DNA from: Chlamydia trachomatis
Lineage (GTDB): Bacteria > Chlamydiota > Chlamydiia > Chlamydiales > 2-12-FULL-49-11
Length of the DNA: 64,000 nucleotides
Reading direction: 5' to 3'
Assembly: GCA_945872565.1 (NCBI GenBank)
Contig: CAMBZN010000004.1
Location: 20,190-84,189 of the forward strand
Below the pieces are notes generated by a model that was given only the letters and a program-made list of their open reading frames with translations, was not told the DNA's origin and searched no databases. Below, piece after piece: positions 24,808 through 34,052 of this stretch (position 1 is the first letter of the stretch; every line of letters begins with the position of its first letter). A program made the translations under genes and the position numbers.

Positions 24808-27800
24808 TTGCACGGTAAATTTATAGTTTTTTCTATGCTAAATCCTTTTATTTATATCTTATTTCATTTACAATCTTTGAAAAAAGGGAAAAATATTTTG
24901 TTCTTAATGGCTCCACTTATTGCTTTTGGTGCGTATAAAGGCATGGGTGCATACTTCTATTTACAGGACGTTTTAAAAACTGTAAATACATATGTAACAC
25001 AAGCAAGGGCAGTACACTCCTTTGTAGTCGAAGGTGCTGGAACCTTTTTTGAGCAAGATTTTCCAAAAATAGGCGATCTAAAAGGAAATGGTGAACCCCC
25101 ATCAGCTCTCTCTATCGAATTATTTACAAAAGTATTAGCAAGGATTTCGGCAGGGCAAAAATCATCTGAAGCAAAAGCTCTTCTTGACAGGTGTATAGAA
25201 CAAATCCAAACAAATCAAAAAGCCCCCCTTCGAGTAATTAAGGATCTACTCGCTCAAAATCCAGTAACCATAGATGGATTCTCTCTCCCCACTCAAGTGT
25301 TTTCAGGCCCTTCCCAACAAGAATCTTTAGAGGAGCTCTATCAAAGGTACAAAGAGCAACCCCCCCACCCACTTTCTTATAAAGATGATGAGCACCTAGA
25401 CAGCAGAGCTGAAATTTCATCCCAGCTTAAGCACCTTGAAGAACTGCTAACTTTAAAAGGGCTCTATAGTGTGTTCACATTATTTGGGGGTGTTGCAAGC
25501 CCCTTTGAAGCGATTATCTTCAAAACTCAGGCAAAAATGGGACACAAATTAAACGGAAATTTAGATGCAAGTATTATAAGCTTTAAAGAAGTGTTAATAG
25601 CAAGCATGAAAGAGGCCGCCTCCACTTCATCGTTTCAAAAATTTACCCTCATTCACCTCATTCTTCCAGGTGCTGTAAGTCAAATATCTAGTCATGCAAA
25701 ATACGCAACAAGGGCACTGTTTGGTCACTTAGATGCAAGGGTAATAGAACATAAAAAAAACGGAAATCATCCAAGTTCAGATACAAGCTTACTAAAGAAA
25801 TTAATCATGATTTTTGACAAGTATTCCCATGTTTTAAAAAATGCAGAGCGGCAACATTGCGATCCTATGGATAATCGAACATTTCCTCAATATGTTTTTG
25901 ATGCATTAAATGGAACCCCCTTACAAAGGAGGGCGCAGTTTAAGGAGCTAACGGTAAAATTTATCGACTCATGCATGTTTAAACCAATAAGACTTGGTTC
26001 AACACTTAAAGAAATTAGAAAAAACCTTAAAAAGGACGTCGAAGGCTCAAAATTTAACACCTCTCTTAGAACGTTTTTAACCCCTTTTTATTACGTAGCA
26101 ATCACTGTGATCTTTCTTTTTGAAATGATTATTGTTAAACCAACTGAAGCCCTCTTAAATTTTGTGCTAGTTAAAATGATCAAGCATTTTGCAGTAAAAA
26201 CCAATTTAGCTGGATATATCGCCGAGGAAACTCTAGCTGTTCTTTCCGGAAAAGATGGGGAAAGGGAGACGAAATTATTAGATAACATTTTTCTCATTAT
26301 TTTAAACAAGGCAAATACAGCCCTACAAAAGGAGCTAAGCGCAAAAAGTTCTGTAACAGAAACTAAAGCCCAAAAAGAGGTAAGCCACGCTGAAAAGCAG
26401 GAGGTAAAGGAGTTTCTTCGATCTTTATTTAAAGTGGCAAGTCTTCATCACAAAAAAACCTCTAAAACATTTGAAGAACAAGCATCAGAACTGCCTTTTG
26501 GAATTGGTGAATCTGCTTTTGAAAAAGGATTAGAGGAGGTTGCCCCCTTGCTTGTAAATTTATATAAACAAATCACCTCTAAAAAGTTTCTTGAAAAAAC
26601 TCTTGCTAGTTCTTTAGTTGCCCTAAATCGATCCCTTGCTCAAGGGCTTGATACTGCAACGTCGCACGCTGAACAGGAAGTTAAAAATAAAAAAGCCCAG
26701 GCAAGATCAATTGCAATCAAAAACTCCCTTAAAACAACCGGACAGAGGCTTTTGACATTGCTTAAAAAGACAGTAGAGGAACCTGCAGACAACTTAATTC
26801 AAGAACATAGCCAGCGTTTAAGAGGACTTCTTCTAACAAAATTGTCAAAAATACAAGACCGCATTGAAATCAATTTAACCGACATTAGGAAAAGCACCTA
26901 CTCTAACGAGGATAGGGAGGAAAAGCTTGGGGTAATTGACTTATTACTTGATCATTATGTAGAAGAAATGATTGAAGAAAGGGCTAAAGCTCCTGAAATA
27001 GACTTTCAGTTAAATAAAGCACTCTCCTTTGTTTTAAAAGAAATGATGGCCTTAAAAAAAATAATATCACAAACTAGGGTGATTTATTCTGCAAACCTTA
27101 CCCTCCCTTCTTGCTCCCTTTTAGTTGAAAAAATTCAAAATCTGAACTTAAATGACTTGCGTTTTTTAGAAAAGTTACACATAGAACCAGATGGGGTTAC
27201 AAAACGACACGACCTACATCATAAGTTATTAGACGCCTTAAACAAAATGAAAAAAATAAAACATAAAGAGATTGAATGGAAGGAGCAGGCTGAATTATAT
27301 ACTCAAGCTTTAACGACGCTTGAAAACTCAACAAGCCGATTGTCTATCAAAGAATATTTAGCAACATTCCCTGAGACAAAAAATCCTGTCGAGGAGAAAA
27401 TTTACGATCAACTTAACAGTAAACTCCTACACTTGCCTTTTAAAAAAGAAACTTTTAAAAAAGAGCTTTGTCAACTTGTCGATCAATACAAACGTTTAAA
27501 AAAATGTGCTTTAGAAAAGCGGGTGGCATGGAGCAAAACATTAGAACAGGTGCTAACCTCTTCCAAAGAGGATGCCGAAGATTTTCTTGCATTTCTTGCG
27601 GAGGGGAAGAAAGTGATCAACCTTAATCAATTCTCATATGAATGCACAGACAAATTAGAATCTATCAAAGAGCTGCTGCACCTTGTTAAAATAACCCCTC
27701 CGGTTCAAATTTTTACAGGAGGTCTAAATGTTGCATCCCGTGCAATAGGGGCCGCTGCCCCTTTTGCAACCAACCTATTTGAATCCTGGGCAGATGCACT

Positions 27801-27894
27801 TCTTAATTTGATAAAAGATCCTGCATTTTGCGGAGCAATTTTACATAAAATAATAGCCCCTGCCCTTCTTCCTAGTGCAGCGGCAAAACCCTAA
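24808..27894 (+). CDS. large (about 1,000 aa) helical protein of unknown function with hydrophobic N- and C-terminal segments
   Basis: Long uninterrupted ORF that is Lys/Glu/Leu-rich with internal hydrophobic stretches (FYYVAITVIFLFEMIIV). The start is uncertain (TTG 24808, ATG 24836 or ATG 24907). I recognise no domain. Confidence 0.6.
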   Translation: MHGKFIVFSMLNPFIYILFHLQSLKKGKNILFLMAPLIAFGAYKGMGAYFYLQDVLKTVNTYVTQARAVHSFVVEGAGTFFEQDFPKIGDLKGNGEPPSALSIELFTKVLARISAGQKSSEAKALLDRCIEQIQTNQKAPLRVIKDLLAQNPVTIDGFSLPTQVFSGPSQQESLEELYQRYKEQPPHPLSYKDDEHLDSRAEISSQLKHLEELLTLKGLYSVFTLFGGVASPFEAIIFKTQAKMGHKLNGNLDASIISFKEVLIASMKEAASTSSFQKFTLIHLILPGAVSQISSHAKYATRALFGHLDARVIEHKKNGNHPSSDTSLLKKLIMIFDKYSHVLKNAERQHCDPMDNRTFPQYVFDALNGTPLQRRAQFKELTVKFIDSCMFKPIRLGSTLKEIRKNLKKDVEGSKFNTSLRTFLTPFYYVAITVIFLFEMIIVKPTEALLNFVLVKMIKHFAVKTNLAGYIAEETLAVLSGKDGERETKLLDNIFLIILNKANTALQKELSAKSSVTETKAQKEVSHAEKQEVKEFLRSLFKVASLHHKKTSKTFEEQASELPFGIGESAFEKGLEEVAPLLVNLYKQITSKKFLEKTLASSLVALNRSLAQGLDTATSHAEQEVKNKKAQARSIAIKNSLKTTGQRLLTLLKKTVEEPADNLIQEHSQRLRGLLLTKLSKIQDRIEINLTDIRKSTYSNEDREEKLGVIDLLLDHYVEEMIEERAKAPEIDFQLNKALSFVLKEMMALKKIISQTRVIYSANLTLPSCSLLVEKIQNLNLNDLRFLEKLHIEPDGVTKRHDLHHKLLDALNKMKKIKHKEIEWKEQAELYTQALTTLENSTSRLSIKEYLATFPETKNPVEEKIYDQLNSKLLHLPFKKETFKKELCQLVDQYKRLKKCALEKRVAWSKTLEQVLTSSKEDAEDFLAFLAEGKKVINLNQFSYECTDKLESIKELLHLVKITPPVQIFTGGLNVASRAIGAAAPFATNLFESWADALLNLIKDPAFCGAILHKIIAPALLPSAAAKP

Positions 27895-27914
27895 TGCTTT
27901 AAATTGATCGCGTT

Positions 27915-28067
27915 TTAAGAATTATATCTTCTGTGACTTGATCTTGACTCACTAGGTTTTTTCTTACCCTCTTCTCTCTTATCCTCATCTTTTTTACTCA
28001 TCATTGAGCAAGATGCAAGAGATAAGCAAAAGGCGCTAAGTAAACTATACACTACGAATTTTTTCAT
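27915..28067 (-). CDS. 50-aa lipoprotein-like peptide 1
   Basis: Below the ORF-track cutoff. The product is MKKFVVYSLLSAFCLSLAS-C-SMMSKKDEDKREEGKKKPSESRSSHRRYNS, with lipobox LASC and Cys at residue 20. GAGGG lies 8 nt upstream of the ATG. Confidence 0.5.
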   Translation of the reverse strand: MKKFVVYSLLSAFCLSLASCSMMSKKDEDKREEGKKKPSESRSSHRRYNS

Positions 28068-28080
28068 AAATACCCTCATT

Positions 28081-28112
28081 TTTTATTAAAAATGAGCCCT
28101 ATTAAAGGGCTC
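28081..28112 (-). terminator. hairpin plus U-run between the two mini-lipoprotein genes
   Basis: GAGCCCT (28094-28100) / AGGGCTC (28106-28112) form the stem with a 5-nt loop. On the minus strand it is followed by AUUUUUAAUAAAA. Confidence 0.45.
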
Positions 28113-28119
28113 TGCTGTT

Positions 28120-28272
28120 TTAAGACACTCTGTCATAGCTAACTTGCACAAGAGATGTGCATGTTTTGCATTTTGGTTTCTTGCATTTTTTTTCTTCGTT
28201 TCTTTCATCTTGGCAAGACAATGTCATTACAGCGATGATTGAAAAAACAGCAAATGTTGCGAACTTTCTCAT
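28120..28272 (-). CDS. 50-aa lipoprotein-like peptide 2
   Basis: Below the ORF-track cutoff. The product is MRKFATFAVFSIIAVMTLS-C-QDERNEEKKCKNQKCKTCTSLVQVSYDRVS. The lipobox (TLSC) is relaxed, and Cys is again at residue 20. AGGGGA lies upstream of the ATG. Confidence 0.5.
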   Translation of the reverse strand: MRKFATFAVFSIIAVMTLSCQDERNEEKKCKKPKCKTCTSLVQVSYDRVS

Positions 28273-28390
28273 AACTTTCCCCTAAATTTAGTTTTTATTC
28301 ATTCTCCACAAACTGAAGGTAAATACTTACCTCAATTGCATGAGATCTAATTTCACTAAACTACTCAGGCTTATTAAATGCAAACATTAG

Positions 28391-28445
28391 ATAAAAAAAG
28401 AACACATCTACCACATAATTAAAAACATGCGGCAAAGGTGTTCTT
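28391..28445 (-). terminator. possible ssb terminator (large-loop hairpin plus U-run)
   Basis: AAGAACAC (28398-28405) / GTGTTCTT (28438-28445) form the arms with a 32-nt loop. On the minus strand UUUUUUUAU follows. The loop is unusually large. Confidence 0.3.
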
Positions 28446-28479
28446 CACTTTTTTTGTAAAAAATATCCCAGAGTGTTGT

Positions 28480-28935
28480 CTAAAATGGAATTTCTTCGTC
28501 AGAAATTTCCCCACTAAATCCACCACCTGCTGGCTCAAATGAATGCTCATTATAAGAAGGCTCAGAAGGTGAATACCCAGAGGATCCCCCTTGAGAGAAG
28601 TTTCCCTCTTCATTGGATTTTGGTTTGCCAAATGGACTAAATGAGATGTGATTGGCTGTAAGTGAAAGAGATAGACGTCCCTGACCATCTTTACCTGTGT
28701 ACATTTCTGGAGGTGTCATCTCACCACATACAACAATTGGGCTTCCCTTTTTAAAATAAGGGATAATTTTATCAAAACTGTCACCCCAAACAGTAACTCT
28801 CCACCACATTGTTTCATCTTTACCATTTTTTCTTGATTTACAAGCAACTCTAAGGGAAGTTACTTTCTTTCCAGATGGTGTAAATCTTGTTTCAGGATCA
28901 GAACCCAAGTGACCTGCTATCCATGTATAATTCAT
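28480..28935 (-). CDS. ssb: single-stranded DNA-binding protein
   Basis: 151 aa with an OB-fold N-terminus (IAGHLGSDPETRFTPSGKKVTSLRVA), a Gly/Ser-rich linker and the acidic tail DEEIPF. Confidence 0.95.
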   Translation of the reverse strand: MNYTWIAGHLGSDPETRFTPSGKKVTSLRVACKSRKNGKDETMWWRVTVWGDSFDKIIPYFKKGSPIVVCGEMTPPEMYTGKDGQGRLSLSLTANHISFSPFGKPKSNEEGNFSQGGSSGYSPSEPSYNEHSFEPAGGGFSGEISDEEIPF

Positions 28936-29167
28936 CTCACAACCTCTTTTTGTTTTTTTTAGAAATCATCTTAGTCTATCATTTTTTTCTTTTCATAAAA
29001 AGGAACTTTTATAAAAGAACAAATCTCGTAACATAAACTAGGTAAAGGGTTAGAGAAGTCGGGGTATTAATTAAAAAAACCTCTTATTAAATAAGTAATA
29101 TAACGTTAGACAAAAAAGCAAATATACTATAGAACAAAGCTTAACGTAAAAATTATTTTAGAAAAAA

Positions 29168-31045
29168 ATGTCAGAAAATAATAATGAAAAATCACCTACC
29201 CTTCCAGATGCATTAAACCGCATCTATTCCAAGGGGGATGAACAAGCTCTGACTAAACACGGATTTTTATATCCCGTTGAAGAGGCAAATGATTTTCACG
29301 ATCCATTTTCTGAACTTTCCTTATTTCTTGCCAAACGTCTTAAAAAGGAAATTCTTAAAGAGGGCCTTCCTAAAACATGGTCGCAAAATATTCAAAAAAC
29401 CCTCCTTGCAGAGGTTCTTCCAGAATTTCGAGCGCACTTTCCCCACTACCGATTAGGAATCTCTGCTCTTAAAAAAACATGGGAAAAGATTCATTACTAC
29501 GTAAAGTACTTAGAGAAACATTATGCTTATCATCAAAATGGGAAACTCGACATTTCTTATTTAATAAAAGAAAACCTCTCTGTTTTTTTTGAAAAAGGGC
29601 TCTTACCCTCTCACTCCTCCTTCCATTTTGCTCACCACCTTACCGGGAAAATCTCTGAATGTATTGCTGCAATTGATGGTGAGTCGATTGAAAAAAACAA
29701 ATTGACAAAAGTGATTTGGGCTATGCAAAAGCAATTGATTCCCTCTTTTGATAAAACCTCATCCCCTTATGAATCTATTGATACACTAGACAAGCTCCTT
29801 ATCCGATTTCAATTAGAGCTTATCATGGAAAATCCCCTGCAAAGTCAGCAGACCCTTCAAGAGAAGCTAATAAAAAAAATCAACGCTCTCCTCTCTATTA
29901 ATAGAATAAGAAACTTTCGAGAGCTAACCCCTCAAATTTCATCGATTCTTGCAGAAAAAATGTACGCAGTATCTCCCCTAATGAGCGTATACCCAAGAAA
30001 AGATTTATCTTTGGTGGAAAATTTTATACAAGAAGAGCGAGCCCTTCTTGTAAAAAAAGAAAAAAAAATATCCCCATCCACTCAACTTGCATTTACCAAG
30101 CAATTTTTATTTACTCTTCGTCTAAAAGAATCCCTCCCAAGGGAGGAGGCTGTGCAGGGGCTTAAATCTGCTATTGAATACATCTACTCCCTTAGATCTA
30201 GTGATTTCAATTTAGGCAAGCCTGTCATTCGAAGAGAAATCTTTCATTTTATCAATGGAGAAATTTTACTCGCTGAAAAAAAAGGGATCAAAAATGTGAA
30301 AACCTATCTTATTGATCGGTTGATTTCATTGTTTGACAGAATGCAAACTCTTCCCGCCTTTCCTGTAGAAAATATTCACCTTTTGGAAATTGTCCTTTGG
30401 AAAAATATGAAGGATGATTTACAAGATAGCTGGAAAATTCCCGTTCACCTTATCCAGACTATCGAAGATGAAATTGCCTCTTTATATTTAGATCACTCAA
30501 AACTACCGTTTTCAGAAATTGTAGAGCTTAGCATCAAGCATCTTAAACGTATAAGTGAATTAAAAACTGCCGATTTAAATGAGCGCACCCATTACTGGAG
30601 CGTTCAGAACTTAACCCTTGCCTCTCACTTAAAATTTTCTCAAGATCACTCCATCTTTAAAGTGCTCCTTGAAGAGGTCAAATCACCCCTTCTTCAAAAC
30701 CTATCTCATGAGGAAATGATCTCTAGCATCACAGGTACTTTTTTAAAAAGACATCCGGGACTAATTCCCTGGAAGACCTCCATCAAAAAGCGTGTGTCGC
30801 TTTATTTCCTCTACTACTATTTTTCCTATTTGAAGGAAAAAAATGAAACACCATTTGATAGATTTCAAAAATGGCACCTATATAACCTCACTCACGATAA
30901 GCAGGCTGTATTTAAAGAATTTTATATCGCAGAGCTTTGTTCAATAACAAAATCACTTCTTCCTTACATTCCATTTATAGAATCTTATGTTACAAAAATT
31001 TTACAAACTGAAGATTCTAAACCAGCGCAAGCTCGTTATTTATGA
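29168..31045 (+). CDS. hypothetical protein (625 aa)
   Basis: Long uninterrupted ORF encoding a helical protein. I recognise no motif. Confidence 0.6.
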   Translation: MSENNNEKSPTLPDALNRIYSKGDEQALTKHGFLYPVEEANDFHDPFSELSLFLAKRLKKEILKEGLPKTWSQNIQKTLLAEVLPEFRAHFPHYRLGISALKKTWEKIHYYVKYLEKHYAYHQNGKLDISYLIKENLSVFFEKGLLPSHSSFHFAHHLTGKISECIAAIDGESIEKNKLTKVIWAMQKQLIPSFDKTSSPYESIDTLDKLLIRFQLELIMENPLQSQQTLQEKLIKKINALLSINRIRNFRELTPQISSILAEKMYAVSPLMSVYPRKDLSLVENFIQEERALLVKKEKKISPSTQLAFTKQFLFTLRLKESLPREEAVQGLKSAIEYIYSLRSSDFNLGKPVIRREIFHFINGEILLAEKKGIKNVKTYLIDRLISLFDRMQTLPAFPVENIHLLEIVLWKNMKDDLQDSWKIPVHLIQTIEDEIASLYLDHSKLPFSEIVELSIKHLKRISELKTADLNERTHYWSVQNLTLASHLKFSQDHSIFKVLLEEVKSPLLQNLSHEEMISSITGTFLKRHPGLIPWKTSIKKRVSLYFLYYYFSYLKEKNETPFDRFQKWHLYNLTHDKQAVFKEFYIAELCSITKSLLPYIPFIESYVTKILQTEDSKPAQARYL

Positions 31046-31446
31046 TAGGGAGATCCTTTAGCGATCTCAAAAGCTCTGTAAATTTGCTCTATTATCATTA
31101 ATCTGACCATCTCATGGGGAAAAGTAAGGTTAGACAAGCTTATTAATCGGTCTGCACCATCAATAATTGCTTGAGGTAAACCCTCCGCCCCTCCGATAAC
31201 AAAATTCCAAGAAAGAGCCCCTTCTATCATTTTGGAAAAACTAACGCTTGTGTGCGCAACCCCTAAAACATCCAAACAAGTGTAAGAGAGATTAGAGAGC
31301 TTTTTCTCTAAATCCAAGTCTTTTTTTAAAATAATCCACTCAAGCAAACAGTGGCCAGAAAGCCTTTTTGCATAAGACTCAATAGCCTCCTTAAGGTGCG
31401 GCGGGTGAGGCCTTCCTACACAGTAGATTTTGATTTTATATCCCAT
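31036..31446 (-). CDS. rlmH: 23S rRNA (pseudouridine1915-N3)-methyltransferase
   Basis: 136 aa with the C-terminal LSLSNLTFPHEMVRLMIIEQIYRAFEIAKGSPYHK, which matches the RlmH SPOUT signature. Confidence 0.85.
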   Translation of the reverse strand: MGYKIKIYCVGRPHPPHLKEAIESYAKRLSGHCLLEWIILKKDLDLEKKLSNLSYTCLDVLGVAHTSVSFSKMIEGALSWNFVIGGAEGLPQAIIDGADRLISLSNLTFPHEMVRLMIIEQIYRAFEIAKGSPYHK

Positions 31447-31507
31447 GAAACAAGGGTATCATTAAAAGGAAAAAACATCTATAGTAAGGAAAGGTTTACT
31501 GAGGTGA

Positions 31508-32545
31508 ATGATGGATTTTTTTTTACTATGGATTCGATTTAATTGTGATCCCATCGCATTTACCATTCCGTTTATTGATCATCCTATTGCTTGGTATGGG
31601 TGTATATTTGCCCTCTCTTTCTATTTAGGGCATAAAATTTTTATTTGGATGTATGTTAGACAATCCCTGCCTAAGGTTGCAATCCCTGAAAAATACAAAA
31701 GCCTTAAAGTTCCTGGTTCATTTATTTTAAATAAACGTAACCAAAAGCTCTACACTTTCTTGCTCAAGCGAACTTCTAATAAAGATTGTTTAGAAACGCT
31801 TAAATTAAAATTATTTATTGAGGAAACCTTTCCAAAAGAGGTTGAATCCATTCAATCTATTGGGACAAAATTTAGTGATTCGGCACTTCTTTATATTATT
31901 ACAGCAACCATCATTGGAGCACGTCTTGGTCATATTCTTTTTTATGAAGAGATTGGGGCATTTATACAATCCCCTCTTTTGATCATTAAAACATGGGAGG
32001 GGGGTCTTGCAAGCCATGGGGGCATTTTTGCCATTATTGTTGCAAGCTTACTATTTACTAAAAAAAACAAAACGATTTCCTTTCTATCCTTTATGGATTT
32101 ACTAAGTATCCCCACAATGTTTGTATGTGCCTGGATTCGAATTGGAAATTTTATCAATCAGGAAATTCTTGGGAACGTAACCTCGTTACCCTGGGCTATC
32201 ATTTTTATGAATCCGGCCATTAAAGGGCCTCTTTATCCGCGCCATCCAATTCAATTATATGAGTTTTTTTTGTATATGGGAGTTTTTACGCTACTATTTA
32301 TTCTTTGGTATAAAAACACCTATCGGAAGCGGCGGGGTCTGTTTCTAGGGCTTGCTTTAACAGTTTCCTTTTCTGCACGTTTCTTTTTAGAATTTTTAAA
32401 AGAACCACAATCCATTTATGATACAAGCGACATTTTTCAAATGGGACAATTGCTAAGTCTGCCCATGATCATTTGTGGGTTCTTCCTTATCAATCAATCA
32501 CTGAGGTTAAAAGAGAGTCTCGACAAAAAAGTTCTTGAAGATTAA
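31508..32545 (+). CDS. lgt: prolipoprotein diacylglyceryl transferase
   Basis: 345 aa with HWYG-like IAWYG, GGLASHGG and RIGNFINQE motifs. The loop after TM1 is longer than in E. coli Lgt. Confidence 0.85.
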   Translation: MMDFFLLWIRFNCDPIAFTIPFIDHPIAWYGCIFALSFYLGHKIFIWMYVRQSLPKVAIPEKYKSLKVPGSFILNKRNQKLYTFLLKRTSNKDCLETLKLKLFIEETFPKEVESIQSIGTKFSDSALLYIITATIIGARLGHILFYEEIGAFIQSPLLIIKTWEGGLASHGGIFAIIVASLLFTKKNKTISFLSFMDLLSIPTMFVCAWIRIGNFINQEILGNVTSLPWAIIFMNPAIKGPLYPRHPIQLYEFFLYMGVFTLLFILWYKNTYRKRRGLFLGLALTVSFSARFFLEFLKEPQSIYDTSDIFQMGQLLSLPMIICGFFLINQSLRLKESLDKKVLED

Positions 32546-32576
32546 TATACACTAACCCCTAACCTAAGGATTGAAA

Positions 32577-33668
32577 ATGAATTTCCATGCACCCTTTGCC
32601 CGTCTTACATCCTCTTTGATAGCATCCTTTTTTATCTGCATGTTTGTTCTTATTGGTAGACCCCTCCCTCAAGAATCCTTATTACTTCACATCCTTTTTG
32701 CCGCTTGTTTAAGCGGCGTGTTTTCCTTGTTTCTTGCTGGGTTAGATCTTTTGGTGAAAAAATTTGACGTTAAAATTTTCAATACAATTGTTCTTGGGTT
32801 GTGCATTGGAATTTTTTTCGGCAATAGTTTAGTAAATATTTTTGAGACCATTATTAGAATCACAAATTTTGCAGACATTTCCGTTTTGTGGACGGGCATA
32901 TTTAAGGTTTTTTTCTATTTTACAGGCGTTCATCTTGGAATTGCCCTTACTCAACACTATCAGGAGAGTTTGCACCTTTCCATTCCGTTTGTTCGATTTA
33001 GCGAAGGGGCCCAAAGTAAAAAAGATATTGTTTTAGATGAGACAATATTATCCGATCCTAGAATTTTAGATTTTCTCTCTACAGGAATTTTAAATAATCG
33101 ATTGATTCTCCCCTCTTTTGTTTTAAAGCATCTTCAAGACAAAACTGAAAATTCAGAGGAACATGTTAAGGCTAATGCTAGAAAACTTCTTTGTGTGATT
33201 GATAAACTAAAAGCGATGAAAAACCTTGAGCTAAAAGAGAGCAAAACAGATTTTTCTGACTTATTTGATGTGCAAAAAAAGATATTAAGACTTGCGAAAA
33301 TGACTAAATCTAATGTTTTAGTGGGCGATAGCTCAAAACTCGACCTTGAAAACGGCGAAGTGCAGTACTTAAATTTAAACAATATTGCAAATTCTCTAAA
33401 AAATGTCATGTCAACTGGTGAAACCATAGAAATAAAAGTCCAAAGGTACGGCAAAGAGCCTAAGCAGGGAGTTGGTTACCTTGAAGATGGGACAATGGTT
33501 GTGATCAATAATGGGGGCGAATTTATTGGAGAAACAATAGAAACTCAAGTGATCTCAGTAAAGCAAACTTCTGCAGGACGGATTATTTTCACTAATGCAT
33601 TAATTGAGAGTCACGAGGGTGAGTATGCTTATGAAAGTAGCCATGTTTATGACCACGGTCATAACTAG
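32577..33668 (+). CDS. membrane-anchored PIN/TRAM-domain protein (YacL-like)
   Basis: Four N-terminal TM segments, a central PIN-like region (VLDETILSDPRILDF) and a C-terminal TRAM-like beta domain (GETIETQVISVKQTSAGRIIF). An alternative TTG start lies at 32571. Confidence 0.6.
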   Translation: MNFHAPFARLTSSLIASFFICMFVLIGRPLPQESLLLHILFAACLSGVFSLFLAGLDLLVKKFDVKIFNTIVLGLCIGIFFGNSLVNIFETIIRITNFADISVLWTGIFKVFFYFTGVHLGIALTQHYQESLHLSIPFVRFSEGAQSKKDIVLDETILSDPRILDFLSTGILNNRLILPSFVLKHLQDKTENSEEHVKANARKLLCVIDKLKAMKNLELKESKTDFSDLFDVQKKILRLAKMTKSNVLVGDSSKLDLENGEVQYLNLNNIANSLKNVMSTGETIEIKVQRYGKEPKQGVGYLEDGTMVVINNGGEFIGETIETQVISVKQTSAGRIIFTNALIESHEGEYAYESSHVYDHGHN

Positions 33669-34052
33669 ATGATGGAGAATAAAATGAGCATCCTCGGAAT
33701 TGGTACTGATATTATTGCAATCGATCGATTTGCAAAAACTGTTGCTAAACATGATCAGAAATTTCTTGATAAAATTTTCACAAGACAAGAGCAGGATTAC
33801 TGCAATAGACACTCTGATCCAATCCCCTTTTTTGCTGCACGCTTCAGCGCTAAGGAGGCAATTTCAAAAGCCCTAGGTTGTGGTTTAGGAGAAAAACTTA
33901 CGTTTCTTGATATGGAAATAGTTAAAGATGCAGCCGGCAAGCCCCATGTAATTCTCTCCAAAACAGCTTCAGAAAGATTTAATCACCCAAAAATCCATCT
34001 TTCCTTGTCCCATTGTAAACAGTACGCTACAGCTACTGCAATAGCCCTATAG
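33669..34052 (+). CDS. acpS: holo-[acyl-carrier-protein] synthase
   Basis: 127 aa with GIGTDIIAIDRF and FAARFSAKEA motifs. Confidence 0.9.
   Translation: MMENKMSILGIGTDIIAIDRFAKTVAKHDQKFLDKIFTRQEQDYCNRHSDPIPFFAARFSAKEAISKALGCGLGEKLTFLDMEIVKDAAGKPHVILSKTASERFNHPKIHLSLSHCKQYATATAIAL

Noticed and set aside
24778-24813. An apparent head-to-head coding overlap between the porin-like gene (ORF-track start 24813) and the 1,028-aa ORF (TTG 24808).
   Set aside because: The porin-like product gains a proper signal peptide only from ATG 24777. The upstream 12 codons are probably not translated, so the overlap is an artefact of longest-ORF calling.
27915-28272. The two mini-lipoproteins as an entericidin-like (EcnA/EcnB) toxin-antidote pair.
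   Set aside because: Only the tandem small-lipoprotein arrangement is similar. The mature peptides here are highly charged rather than Gly/Ala-rich and amphipathic, so no homology claim is justified.
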